Source: Tubiluchus corallicola
Taxonomy: Eukaryota > Animalia > Priapulida
Length of the DNA: 64,000 bases
Assembly: GCA_030141605.1 (NCBI GenBank)
Contig: JAQGDQ010000296.1
Coordinates: 62,001-126,000, forward strand
Reading direction: 5' to 3'
The notes under the pieces were generated by a model, which saw only the letters and a list, made by a program, of their open reading frames with translations, made no database searches and had not been told where the DNA came from. Both the position numbers and the translations under genes were made by a program. Below are positions 12,801 through 27,800 of this stretch, piece by piece (the first letter of the stretch is position 1; the number at the start of each line of letters is the position of its first letter).

Positions 12801-15800
12801 TCTCTTCTGATGTCTTCATAAGTTTTTGCATTCTGCAATGATCACACAACTCTTCAAATACAGTAAGATACAAAAGCAAAATATAGAAATGATTGATAAA
12901 ATAAAACATTATTAGTATCACAAAAAAGTCATTACATTCATTATAAAAAATACAACCTCACTTCATCTGTTCTACACCTTTTCCCTATTTTGCTGTATTA
13001 TCTTATACAATTATAGTACACACATAATTCAAGCAAATGTATGCCACAAATAATTACTAAGGCCAACCATGACAAGGATTGTTTATTATTTGTTCACGTA
13101 ACATTTCAAAACTTATTGTTGGATTACAGTAAAATATTGCTGAAGGTAGACTGCAGGCAAAACATGAATTAGGGAAATTTGGATGGTGAATGATATAATC
13201 TATCGTTATTACTAGTTTACTATTGACTCAGTCAGTGAATCTGTGTGCACTTATCCGCAACACTTTTCAAGAAGTGTAAGTGAACTTCAGTAAGAAAAAA
13301 CTAATCTTAGTGATGATAATTTTAATTAAACTACTAACACAATTTTTATACAGTTGATGTTTTAACATAAGCTGCTATGTGAAATTAAATACATAAGATC
13401 ACATTTAAAACTGGTTTTTATGTCACAACTAACATCAATTTTATTGTGTTATGATGACATGTCAGTCACTCTAAATGCAGAGGATTCTGTTAGATTGATT
13501 GGTTCCTAGAGAACACTGTTAGATGTACTTATTAGCTTTGCATGTCCACAAAGAGTTGTGCAATGTGAGGACAGAGCAGAGGTGCTGATGTGTACTCTGG
13601 AAATTGAGAAGCAAGCAATGAAGAAGCATAAAACCTTACAAATATCTGAAAAGCTAAGAAAACAAGCTTGCAAAATCTTTAAGGAAAACAATAGGCCAGT
13701 TGTATTGAAAGATCTACAACTTACATTCCAAAGGTTTCTGTCCCAAACTCCAAAAAAGCCAGTAAATGTTGGTGGCTCAAACCCCTGAGAAACTTTAATA
13801 AGTGGAGTATCAATGTCTCTACCACTTGGGTCAGTAGCCAAATAATCCTAAAAGAAAGACCAATACTGATTAGTAAATTTTTAGCTTATTTTGCCGCAGT
13901 GGCACCTAATTGCCCCACTTAATCTTAGTCTTGTTGTGCGACCCATACTGCTGTATAGTTTAGGTCAGATATCTTACCTTATAATTATTGATTCACTAAA
14001 CAAAATTGGGTTGCAATAGAGAAACATATCATTGGGTAACATGACAATAAAAATAGTTTAATAATGCTATCTACAGTATTAAACAATTTCATTACCATCT
14101 ATTTTAGTAGTAGCTGAAAACTACTCCTGCCAAGCTAATCAAGAATTTTTTACACACCTGTGCAGCTTCCACAGATAATTTTTTTTCCTGCAGATTAGCA
14201 CCTTGTCCTATCCATATATAGATATTATCCCAAACATCAAGAATCATCACATCATCTTCTACCAAGTCAATCTACATAATAAATAAATGAATTTTTATGC
14301 AACAGATTGTTTGTGCTTCTTTTGTATATACTTTGGCACCTGACATTTAGTATTCAATAGTCGAGCTTACCCAACATTGTGTTTATTGCTTGTAACATGA
14401 TCAGAGCCTTGTTCATTATCAAAGGAAGAAGTTTACAGTTGAGCGAAGGCGCATATTCTTGCATTTATTTCTCGCATTTGTTCATTTCTTGCATTTACAT
14501 CTCTTACATTGTATTTGCGTGCAGCTATTTTCTGAAACGTGGGCCTGCTTCACGGCCAAACATTACTTAGTTTGCTTGAAAAAGATTAATTGTTGACTCC
14601 ATTTATTTTGAATAATGACATATTTAAAAAATACCCAGCACTAATAGCAGTTACACAGCTATTGCACTGCAGCTCAAGAGGGAATACCACAGTTACCAAA
14701 ATTAAGAAAGTGAAATTTAGTGTGCAATGTTTAAACACTTGCATGTGTGCATAAAACACTGTCTCCATGCATTGAGATGGCCAGTCTGTCAGGGCCTAAT
14801 GACAGTGGAAGTCCAAGTAATAATATTGCAGTCAAAATTTTCTGCTTTGACATTTTATTAAAAGGGGAGAATCAGTTAATTACTGGCATGCAAATTCTCC
14901 AGAAAACAATTTAATTTACATGTGTCCTATGCATAAATACACTCTACTATTTATTGATTAGTTTTTCGATCATTCCACACCCCATCGGCAAGGCGCACAA
15001 GAAAAGCGCCCAGGAGTACATCGTACTGACAATGTTTCTGTGTGTCCGAGGTAAGCAGAGCAATACAATGGGTTTTGTGTGAATTGTTCACCTAAAATAT
15101 ACCGAATTCAGCAATGTACCAAATAAAAACTACAGTGTTTTGCAATTAAGCATTAAGATATGTGGAAGCAATCCATTCAACCGAATCTGTCCGAGATGAG
15201 CAGTATTTCAAATTACACAGAACATAATTATACAGAGTCTACTGATATATAAACATTCATCTCGTATGCAGTTTATTTCGACAGATTCTTTCAAGCCTGC
15301 TGGTATTATTACTTGTCATTCTATAAAGCATTTATATTATACTAATATTATTAACAATATGACAAATGTATAAATATCTGTTCATCTTAATTTGAAGATA
15401 ACCCCCCTTTTGAGGAAAGTATTTAGGATAATTTAAGTTCCTATCACTATTAAGTGTCTTAATGAACTAACACAAAGTCTACTTGAGGAAAGTATTTAGG
15501 ATAATTTAAGTTCCTATCACTATTAAGTGTCTTAATGAACTAACACAAAGTCTACTGGACGAATTCAGCTTAGCAAAGTTTACACGCTATTTCGAGTAAA
15601 TTTAATGAAAGTGTGTAAGCGTAATAAAAAACAGGATGGTTTACATTACCTGTGAAAAATCAACAATCTCTTCAACTTTAAATACTCCTGATGCATTAGA
15701 ACATTGAAACAATCGGGGTGGATGACTTGCAGCTTCTTCCTATAAACAAGCAATGCACAAAATAAGCAAAACAATTAATTTTAATCAAAGCAGAAAGCTA

Positions 15801-18800
15801 ACAAAAACAAAATTAAAAAAACAGTGAAAACGTACAATAAGTTCGTAATAATAAAGAGAGTAAAGATAAATCTTAAAAACTCCTATCTGAAAAACGTTCT
15901 TAGTGCAAAAACAGGTTAAAAGCTTTTAGTCAATGACAGCACACTGTGTGATGGTAAGCTGCAAGAACAAATACTGGTAGTGACAGATAACACAGCATAC
16001 ATATTCTCAAACCATGCATCAAACCATGCGACAAACTCTGTGGCAACCAAGTTTTAAAACTCTTTGACAATTTTGGGGCAACTTTTCAAAGAAAATATGC
16101 TAAAATACTATATACTGATCATCCTAAGCAGGCTGATGGTAGACAGGTTTTTTATAAATGCTGAAATAACTTGAGCATCATTGGTTTTTTGCATAACTTG
16201 TTCCAACCAAGACAGGAAACTACTTGAAAAAAATTTTGCAAAGACTACACATTCAATCGTACTCTTAACTTCATTACTAATTTTCACAATTAAACTACAC
16301 ACCAGCTATTGAAAATAGATTACACATGTATGAATAGGGTTACCGCCATAGATTCTCAGTTCGATCAAATCTCACGATTTTAACCACCATATCCAATTTT
16401 TACATACTGCTGAGCTAAAAACAACGGAGTCTCTTTTAAGACAACAGTTAACTTATCTGTTTAAGCTTTAAGTTTAATCTACTGCAAAGCATCACCCCAT
16501 CCATCTACATCTTTTACCAATTTTTCGTACAACAGCAAGTGTAACCTAGTAATTTTCAGTTCACTGTGCTTGAGCCAGTTTGAGCCAGTAAAATTTATAA
16601 GTCTTAATAACAGAAAATGTACGGAAAAGAAGATTTAGCTTTAACTCACAGAACATGAAGCTCATATTACTTTCCAAAATGTTCAAAATTGTGAGAATTA
16701 TATTGAAACAGGGAAGGAACTCAGAAAATTGATGTACTGCTTGCACTTTTCTGGTTTAGACTTTGAGCTTTTTATAGTGTAAAATCAGGAAATTTCCACT
16801 ACTTTGCAGTTTAAATTTTTTTATTTTTCTTTCTGAAAAAGGTCTCATAAAATGCCGAAAATACAAGAAATGCATCGGTTTCCAAACCCCCTGGTGGAGA
16901 TTACTGGCACAGACTCGCTGGGTTTCTGACTCCTGACTTCAGTGCACGACGAAGTGGAAATCGTATGTAAAAACAAATCATATGCAAATAATCGGGAATA
17001 AGTGGGAAAATATTTAAAGTCCATACGGTATATCACAATTATTATGAACAATAATGCTTTACAAAATTGTTTTAGAATCTAGTCATATCCAAGAAATACT
17101 TAAATACCCACCAAGGGCTTTAGCACACCTCTGTAGCTTAGGAATTAATTTTAGCATTCCCAAATTTGAAATGGCTGCATCAAACAGCAAAACAGCTGTA
17201 AATTGTGTTGAGTTCTATATCAAGAGAACAAAAGTAGCTTAAAAATATTTTCCATTCAGGATGCCAGGTACCACTCCAATGTAAATCTAAATCTACGTTG
17301 TACCGAGAGGGTTGATTATAAGATAACTGCTATGCAAAATAGACCCAACAAGTCACGCGTAAGTTTATGCAATTATCTATTGAACACTTGAAGATACACA
17401 TAAATGTGAAAATAAATTTACTAAAACCAGAACACATTTAAAAACTTAGTCTATTTATTCTGATCTGCAAACTTACAAAATGACATTAAAAGACAGCTAA
17501 TTACAAAAAAAATCACCATGCTGCCTCCTCCATGCAAACTTATTTCGCTAATTTTGTGTTGATACATTTAAATTCGTTTATAGGTTAGTCACATGTCTAC
17601 TGTTGCAAAATCATCATACACACTACACACATTCAATATTATGCAATACGTAACAAGCAGAAAGGTGCAGCAATCACACAAGTAACTTACTCTAGAGAGT
17701 TCCATTATGCGCTGAAAACAGCAAATGTAAGTAATATCAATTTCAGAAAACATTTACTGACTTCGACCAACAGACTTTTATTACTGACATATTATATAAG
17801 CTAGTCAAAAATTGTAATTCAAGCAAGAGCATTAACAGCCACAGTAGACACTTTACGAACTCACTAAAGATAAATACACTTCAAAAACTCCTGCACACAG
17901 TCTTTACTTTCTTTACCCAAGGTGTAATATTAATAAGCTTTGGAAATGCAAAAGGTATGTGTGCTTAAACCATGCATCCAGCACTTTGGCCTTCTGACAT
18001 CTTTAATGCAAAACTGCCGCACAAAATTTAGCAATGCTTCAAATTCAGTGGATTTCTTGACATGATCACTAAATGCTTCTCCTACTATATCAGCAGTGTT
18101 TTCTGTTAATTAGGTATTAGAACAACAGGCCTGCAATATAGGCTTAACTTAAAACTACTAGATAAATTGTAAAAAGATTGAAAGGGACAATGACAAACCT
18201 TGAGCCTCCTGTCATTAGAATAAGATTCCTGACCACCAATGGCTTTCCAAAATTCTTCTGGTTCACTGCCCTCAACAACAAGTGATGCATCACGAGAAGA
18301 AAGACTAGTTGCTAGATGCTTGGCCATTTCTCTTTCATCACCACTGCATCCCTATGAATAAACATAATTTGGTATTAAATGATTCTTGGGAATAGTTTTA
18401 TAAAGCTATCAGTAAGTTAACATCATCTTTATTACATTCACTCAACTATTAATAAAAATATTATTAAGTTAGTGACGGCTTTGAGAAACTGGGCCCTGAT
18501 GTACAACATCGTTGATACATCTGCTAAAGCATAGCAAAATAAAAAATATATATAAAAAATAGTATTTGCATTCAAGACTGTCAGTGTGCACTAAATTATC
18601 CCACATATAACAAGGTTTTATTTTCTGGTAAGAAACACCACCAAAACCAAGTCTATATAATTGTTTACAAATTAATAGAAAGATAAACAGATAAACAGAC
18701 AAATGCTTCAGTAACTAAAAGAGAAAAATCTCTATCAAGTTCTCTGTTTGTGCACAAAAGCAACAACACATGTAGAAGAAGAATGCAGTCACTCAATTTT

Positions 18801-21800
18801 TCCATGGATTAATGGCAGTTTGTAATTGACAAGGACTATACAATATGAGAACCAGCTTTATACTGCTAAATGGGGTATAGATGGTTACTTTGCTTTACCA
18901 GTAAGTACACAATTTTATGTTTGGACTCAAAAGCTAAACTGGAATAACAAAAATATATAATTTTTACCTTCTTTTGCATTTCGAGAAATCCCAGTTAGGA
19001 CAGTGCTCTCAAATTTCTAGATTTGCATATTCATACGTATATAAATGTATAAATATGTATTTATTGTACAAACAGTTAAAACAACCATGACAATGCTTAT
19101 GCTGAAGGTATTACACCTGTTATCAACAGAGTGTAAGCTGTCACAAAAATAAAATGTATCTATAATCTACAGTCTCTTTAAAATAAAACCATTTGTTATG
19201 GTGTATATACCTTGCCAGCCCAAATGAAAACACTGTGTCTAGTAAAGAGAACAAATACATCATTTGAATTCAGAGAAGCAGCTCTCATTTCAACCTAAAA
19301 CAAAATCAAAGATATACTTTCACAAAAATGATGAATATCTTCCTATTAAATTATAAATTAGTAGCAAAAATCAACTTTACCTATATTATATGTACTGTCG
19401 AAGGTGGCAGAGCAAATGCCAAAACACTCAAATTTGTACTAACATATTTTTACTTGAAAACAACAGTTTTGGTGAACAGTAAAGTAAATGACTGATTGAG
19501 TCACCTCAGATTCTTACAAAATACAAAAACAGGAATTGGCAGATTTTTTTTTATGATACAATTTTACAATGACATACCAAGTTCGGTTATTAAATTTAAA
19601 ACACTTGTTGTTCTAATATGTTGTTGTACTATCTTGAATACATTTTTATTTTGAACGTGAAACTGTAATGGATTTCCAGAAAGAAATGTTAAAAATTTGG
19701 ACTGTTCAGCTAAAGTACGGTTATTATATGGGATTGGTTTAGAAAAAATGTATAAGTCGTTTAATTTGCATTTGAGTTGCTTTCTACTTTCAACTCAGAA
19801 AGGGTATTTGAGCAAATTATGCTTAATGCTTTCGTTATACACCCGGAACAATTTTTTGTAACTATGAAAGTCCTTGTAACAATGGTTGCTCAAGTATTCA
19901 TTTTACTTTCAGCTGTGTAAGGTGTGGATAATTGGGCAGAAAACCATGTGTAATAAGTGGGCCTGATGAAAAAATATCAGAATCAAACTACCTTGCATCG
20001 CCATATTCTAAAATTAGTCTGACCACAGGTATAGGTGATCTCATCATGCTTGGTATAAGTGTTGCAATACCGAGCATGGAAGCATAGCTGATATTTTATG
20101 GAGTATTTCAATTCGTGCTTCAGGTTTTCAACAATATGAGCAATATGATTATCCCATTTTAGATTCCATTGAAAATAAATGCCTAAATGTTTGTGGGTGG
20201 TAACAGTTTTTAATAATTTCTGTTTAGAAACAGTGGAGGTTGCGGTTCGGGTTTGGGGATAGGCTTACGACTGAAATCAGGGCTAAATGTTACATTCCTC
20301 TGGGTGACCCAGTCCTGAATTGCAATTTGATCTGAAAGCATAGAAGGCAAGATTATCCACAATGTCGATTAAAGATGTACAACTTGCAAATAGCCTTATG
20401 GTGCACTCACCATTAACGACTGAATTATCAATAAATATTAAAAATACTGGTCCTAAAATAGATTACTGAGGCCTGCATTTGTATTACATAAATCAGTTGT
20501 TTGTTGATTAATTATTACACTTTTCTGTGGCTCATTCAAGTACGACGTAAACCATTTTAAAAGGCTATCTTTTACCCTGTATTGAATTTAATAAAAATTA
20601 ATAGATACATAGTGCCACCATTGGGTTTGAAACCAGAGTTATGGATCTGTTCACAATTGGTTATCAATGAAGATATACTTGTACAAGAATTTGAATATTA
20701 TTCTTCCAAAATCTTTTGAGATACATGGTAAGACAGAGACAGGACTATAATTAATTTTAAGTTGTTTATCTGCTTTTTTTAATATAGAGCAAATAACAAA
20801 GGGGGTACCACAAACTAGTGCAGTTTTTCATAAGATTAAGACACTAATGTTATCAGTCCCATTTGCCTTAATTGTATTTCAGGTCATGAGAAGATGTTAA
20901 ACTTCATCTGGAGTTGTTACAGAAAGAGCTTTGCTATTCAATTTATTGAGAGCAAACTATTGGTAACATTTTAGCACGTACGTATGAAATAATAATGTTA
21001 GCCTTTTTCGTATCGCCAGCTAGGGTTTTAATTTTGTCAATTATTGTATGTCACTATCTTTATGTGATTTGTTATAAGAATTTCTTGCTATACTAAAGCT
21101 AGATTGGTTGAGTTACGAAGTGAGCTTTTAAATTTAGTCCAGGCACCTATCTTTTTCTGGCATAATTTTCAATTGCATTATTACGCTCTACCCATGAGGC
21201 ACAGCTGTAACCATAGGTTGCATGTACATAAGCCAAAGGTAATGAAATATTCAGATTCAGTTTGTGTAAAACCGTACAATGGCCACAGGAGCTAACTGGA
21301 GTAAGTGTGTCAATATAACATAAAATAATCTGGCAAATCCGTAATCACCAAACCCTACATAAGGTGATATGCGCATGAATTCATGGACTATTTGAGTTAT
21401 ATTATTACTGAAAGCAAACAAATATAATCCCCCCACTAGGTCACCATCCACATAATTAAACCATATACCCTACAATAAAGCCCCAAAAAATATAAAATAT
21501 AAAAAATACAAAATTTAGAAACATAAAATTTTTATATATAATATAAAGAAAAAATATAAATATAAATATAAAAATGTAAAAATTATCTGAGAAAGGTGGT
21601 AGGATTTGAATTAGAGCATCACACGATTTTTGGAGCTTGTCAGCAAAGTCATTTACAGCCCCTATTGTGCTACCGAGGGTGGTAGATATAGGCTGCACTA
21701 ATACAAAAAGTATTTTTAGTTTAAAGTTACCTCATATTTCCTTTATTTACAGGTTCACAAGCTGACAGCCAGCAAACAGATAAACTAGATGTACAATGTA

Positions 21801-24800
21801 CATAGGTAGACCACCTCCAATATCACCTAGCAGGTCACGTCTTAAAATTTCTTGGTATCCGTCGATATCGAGATCAGAATTGTTTACCTGATGCCAAAGC
21901 CAAGTACCAATAATGCAGATAATATCACAGCTACATTCTCGAGCTACACTAGATAGTTCATCAATACTTGAAGTATCACTGTATGTAAGTTAGTAAACTA
22001 CTAAAAGTATTGGTTTGTAAAATGCTGATGGTTTTTTGTGACCTGCAGCAGGGCCAAGATTTGTATGAAGGTTACCACATGATAATTTTAAAATTCAGAC
22101 ATTAAGATATTAAAATATGATATAAAACACATATTAATTTAATTACGAAAGAGTTTGCAACTTCTAAAAATCTGCATCCTTTGTAATAGCGTAATAGTGC
22201 AAATACAGAAAAAATGCCCAAATGATGCCCTGTAGCAAACCATATCTGTCATTCTGAACCAAATGAAATAAAAAAAACACAACAGAGAGAAGCTTGAAAA
22301 AACTTGCAATCAGAACTTGTATATCAGTAATGAGAATTCTTACATATAACTAAACTTGACGGTGGCTCTAACAGTGTACAAATAATTGGTTCTGAGTTTC
22401 CTTGGAACCAATATAGTGAACTGTTTCAATGGCATTTTCCATGTCTAGGTTATTTCTGAACATTCTCATGAACCAAATTGAATGCATTTTCTCCATTAAC
22501 TCCAGCTAATCTGCTAGTATTTCTACTATGTTTAAAACAAGTTCCTTTAACCTCATACATTTGACAATCTGATGTCATAACTGAAAAACATGTCCACCAA
22601 ATAATACAATAAAGGCACCTTAAAAGGCAGCTGAAAAATGGATGAATTATATGCTCACCTCCACAGCTTTAGTATTAAGAGTTGTGGTTCCACGTACATG
22701 AAGCAAGTAACTATCACCATGCACTTCATCACGTTGATCAGTGTTACGAAATCCACTAGCCTTTCCTCCCTTAAACGAGATGATATTTTTAGTACATACT
22801 ACATAAAGCTCTAAACACTTAACAGGTGTTAGTGTGACACAACCTCTCTGCTATGTATTAACATTACGAAATGAATTTCTCATTCACCGTACCTTGTTGT
22901 ACCGATTTGCGGTTCTCATTTGTCCATACTCTGCCACAGTGAATGCATATGCTTCTAGTTTACTAGATATCTTTTCGTTTTACGATTTGTTACAAATATA
23001 ATGTTCAATAAGGCCATTAAAATCATTTATCACACCAAATCAAAGCCGTTCTGCCACTTATGCTAATATTGTTCTAATATTATGCTAATACCTATATATT
23101 GGTTTGGGCACAACCACAACAAGTATTTTCTTGATGAAATCATAACCTAGGGCACAGACTCTCAAAATCACAAACTGTTATTGATTTATTGTACACCAAA
23201 CTTATAATAATTATAATATAACTTTAACTGTGAATACTAAAGTAATTTATCATTCTTCAACAGAAACATACTGAATATGCCTATTAACAACAGCTATTGT
23301 TTTTAATTATAAAAATTGTATCAAACTTGAATTACTTACAGTAAAAATCACCATCTTGCCCTGAAACATAGCCATGAAATGAGGTGGTTCTTTGCCTTGT
23401 ACAACTCTTACCTATAACAAAAAATAATTAATATACGAAATACATTATATTCACTGGGTACTATTTATTAAACACACGGCTAATAGAATCAGTCGCCTAA
23501 TTGACTCAAAAATACCTGGTTACGCGAGCATAAAACGAAACATCATTTTACTGGTAGACAACTGCACTGCCCATGTAGTCAGCACATTATTAAACACATT
23601 AAAATTATGTTTTACAAGCAAACACCACAACGCCCATTCAGTTGTGTGATCAAGGTATTATTTGAACACTGGAGTTTTATTACAGAAATGAAATGCGGAC
23701 GAGAGTTTTAGAAGCAATGGATTTTGACGACGCAGCTTCTCAGTTTAGCGCAAATGATCATTTAATTTAGAAGAATGCAAAAAAAGTATATTTAATTTTG
23801 CGTAAAGAACACTCATCTTAATGTCCAATACTTCCATTCTTTGCAGTAATGAAACTATAATAATAATAATAATTATTATTATTAGTAGTATTATTATTAT
23901 TATTATTACAGTTCTAAGGACTATAATAGAACTGGGATACGAGTCATTTACTTCTCACTGGAAATGGTGTCATGACTCATTTCTTCAAAACTTTCGTTGA
24001 TTTTTGGCAATGAGTGAAAAGAATTTAAAAAAGGTTAAATGCAAAATATAAGAATTATTAAATTTAAAAAAATATTTACAGCTATTTATAATAGTCTTTA
24101 ACTATAGGGGCCATCATTTCCTGACACTCTATGCAATTTCTCCAAAAGCAACTTCTTAGGAAAATCATGTTTTTCAAGAAAAAAAAGAACTTTGGCAGAG
24201 AACATATTTCTTGGAAAATTATCTTATACAAAGTTTAAAAAACATTTTTCACCATAATCACAAGAGCCCTGAGCAGATATTATTACAGACAAAGTTGCCC
24301 GTTTGGTTGCCCAAAATGTGGTGCATTGCTTTTCTCACTGACAACTAAACAACAATGCATTTAAGATAACTTGCTTATTGTGCTTTTGGTTAGCTTGAAG
24401 CAATTATCAAAAGCTGGACATGGCCAAATAAAATTAACGAAAGCTAGCAAGGCAGAGAAATTGGCAGCCTTCTAATACAACGGAAAGATAAACAGGAAAA
24501 GGTAAAAAGCTAAAAAATTGTTTAGTTTAAATCATTAGTCTTGAAATTCAGATCCAAGAAACATTCACTATATTGAGGAAAAGGTGCAAAATACACACTT
24601 TAGAATGAGCTGCGAGTTTGCTCAGAAACACTCATTCAGCTGCAATTAATCAGCATTAGCACCCACATACGCACAACAAGTAACAGCTCTATATAAACTA
24701 GAATGCTGCATACCTGAACAGGTTTTCCTCCATACTGATCATCTAAAGCAACAGCCATTGCAGCTGAAGCTCCCCGTTCATCAGCAGTAGAATAAATACC

Positions 24801-27800
24801 CTATAAATAGATGCAAATAAGACTGTAAATTCTACCTGTTCTTAATACACTGACATTGTACCAATCTTTACGAGGTTCAGGGAATCCCATCGGCACTTAA
24901 GATCTGATACAAGTTAGTAGGAATGAACAGATTTAACTGCAATTCGAATAATGAGAACACAATCTTGTGCTAACAGACAAATAGTCAGAAAATCTCAAGA
25001 AAAAGCTGCTCCTACAAAAGCAGTAGTTGCAGGATAGATGTGACAGCAACAATCCTTTATTACCTGCCAATAATAAATTATGTAATTTTCTCTTCCTCCA
25101 GCATCGTACGAATATAAGATAACATAGCAGTCTCCAGAGTACAACTGACCATAGTGTCGTTTATCCGCGGGAACCATCTCCATGTTCTCAATTCTCCAAA
25201 TCTAAATGAGGGATTAATCTCTTACAGAAAACACACATAAAAATCGCTTAATGTTTGTAGGAACACAAAAGATTTTAGAAAAGTGCTCACTATTATTCTA
25301 CATTGGCAATATAAAGAAAAAACATAAACATACTAATTTTTTTCAGTGAACGAAAAAATTTTGTTCTAAAATTAACATGTAGCTTAAAAATGAGTAACTA
25401 TTGACACATCATTTTACTTCACAATATTTATTGCAAATAAAAATACATACATCTTTAGTGCCAGTGCCATCATCAGGCATCTGAGTTTCTGCTGCTAGCT
25501 TACGATTCTCATGCATCGTAGTTGCGTCAAATTTCGTCTGCACAGTTTGTGCTAAAACATATGACTACATCAGACTCCAGCATTCTTATGGAATATTACT
25601 ATGACATATGACAGTTACAAACGATTTACATAACAAATCTGCTTTGACAGAGATGTCGAGAAACAGTTCGATATAAATATCATACACAAAGAAACATAAG
25701 ATTAAAAAAACAACTAAGTTCTAAGTAAACACTAAATAGCATTTAACAGTAGATAATTAAACTAGTTCGTTTTTGGTCTTACCAACTTTTCCCACGGTAA
25801 ATGTTTTACCCAAACCATGGACAGCATTTGGATCTTGCCAAGAATTGAAGAGAGCCCGGAATTCCATAGATTCACCGCCATCGATAACACGAGCTACAGG
25901 AGTTGTATTTGGGTATCCCTTTTTCTTTATAAATCCCTGCAAAAATGAGTGAGGTAAACCTGTATATTGTTGCCAGTAACATCTTAAGTTGTTAACTTGC
26001 TCAGCAATGCTCACTTGCCACTTACAGAGGCTACGAGCTCAACTCTACCAAGACTTATAATACGACAAAAAAAGAAGCAGTCTGTGATTACTCTGATAGG
26101 CTCATGCATTATCAGCTTAAAAGTAAACACATACTGATAAGAATTGAAATTAATTACGTTTCAGGCTAAAGAATCAGTAACCCAAAATTAAAATACATAT
26201 CACGGTTGCGTAGCTCGCATATATTTACGACTTTAACTGCAAACAACAAATCCTTAATCAGCTTCTGGGTCTAAGGTTTGTTATGACCCACCTGCCGATT
26301 TTAATTTAAGCGCCAGGTTGGCTTCTCACCTGTGTTCTGCACTTGCTTTTGACCTAGTTAGTTAGTTGTTATAGAGGTGGAAGTAATGTCGGCTGTTCAG
26401 GATGACAGCCCTGATGTTTTGCTTTTGTTAATTTGTGTTTACTGGCAATAAAAATGCAGTAATGTCGCAAATGCATCTCCGTTTATTCACCATGTTTTTG
26501 TACCCAATTCCAACTCATAACAAAGTGGGGGCTCGAAGCCGGGATGAATCAACTGACGAGTTGCAATGAATTTCGTCTGGACGCTTTTCGTTTTAAATAC
26601 TGTGCAACGTTACAATGAATTTTTTCTTCTGTTGATGCTAAAGTTTAATTCCACGGTTAATAAAGCTGACAATGGACAAACTGTAAGTTACGGCTCATTT
26701 TTCTACACAGTAACTGTTTGACGTCGTCTGATTTATCATCATATCAAGTATGAACTGTCTCTATCTGTCTGTCTGTCAATATCTGGAAATATGCGCATAT
26801 CCGCTCATTGAAAAATTCCTAATTATTGAGAAATACTGCTAACATGCTGAAGTATACAAACTTCATACTAATATAAAGCATCTCTAAAGTACATGAGAAA
26901 TGTGTAGAGGTCACGAAGTACTGTTGCTACAAGTGAACTATGAATAATGTTTGGACAAACGTTATACTTGAATTCAGGATTATGCTCTTGTGAATTTCTG
27001 GGTAAAAACGAGACAAATTTCATTCTGTGTTGCGGGAATTCTGCATAAAATACTGTGCGTAACAATCGTCTGTGTTTGCTGGAACTGAGCCAAGTAGCTG
27101 CGTTAGACTAGGGATAACGACCCTGAGGCTACAAGCGTGTATGTATAGGTCGGGGGCTACTGTCAAATCGTCGCACGTATCTACAGATTAGTACAAGCTA
27201 TACTGAAGCTGCTTGTACTAATGCGTGAGGAAGCCGCCAGCTAGACAAGCAGTGCATTGATCAGAGATATTTCCACACAAGTACTGCAGTAGTAAAAGAA
27301 AAACGAATGATATTTATTGGACTCATTGATTTTGTTAATGCAGTTTGGTGAACAATTTGCAATCTTGTTAATTATCACCTAACACTTTCTTTTACTAGGT
27401 TAATTGCACTACTATTGTTACCCCCACAGATAACTTGCGCAAGGGATGCCTAATTAGTATTGTTGAAAGTTAAATATTGTACAGTGCATTGTGTAGCTAG
27501 TTGGTAGGCTTGTGTCATAAAGTTATACTGTAGTAATTGTGCTAATTACTGAAATATGGCGACATCATTTGACCCAGAAATGTTTTGTAAAGGTTGTTTA
27601 GAAGCCTTGCCCAGATTAGATAAACTCACAAAAGACAATTTACTTGCCCTGGCCGATTACCTGAATATTGAGTTGCCCACACGTGCTAGAAAAGCAAAAA
27701 ATATTGAAATTCTTGGGAACCCAGAAATTTTAAAAACAGCTAGACCACGTGAAGGGGAGAAATCTGTAATTAGTAAATCTCCTCATATTCATGTGGATAC

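Noticed and set aside
21257-21451. FGDYGFAR resembling a kinase DFG motif
   Set aside because: No other kinase subdomains; it sits within the frameshifted LINE endonuclease remnant.
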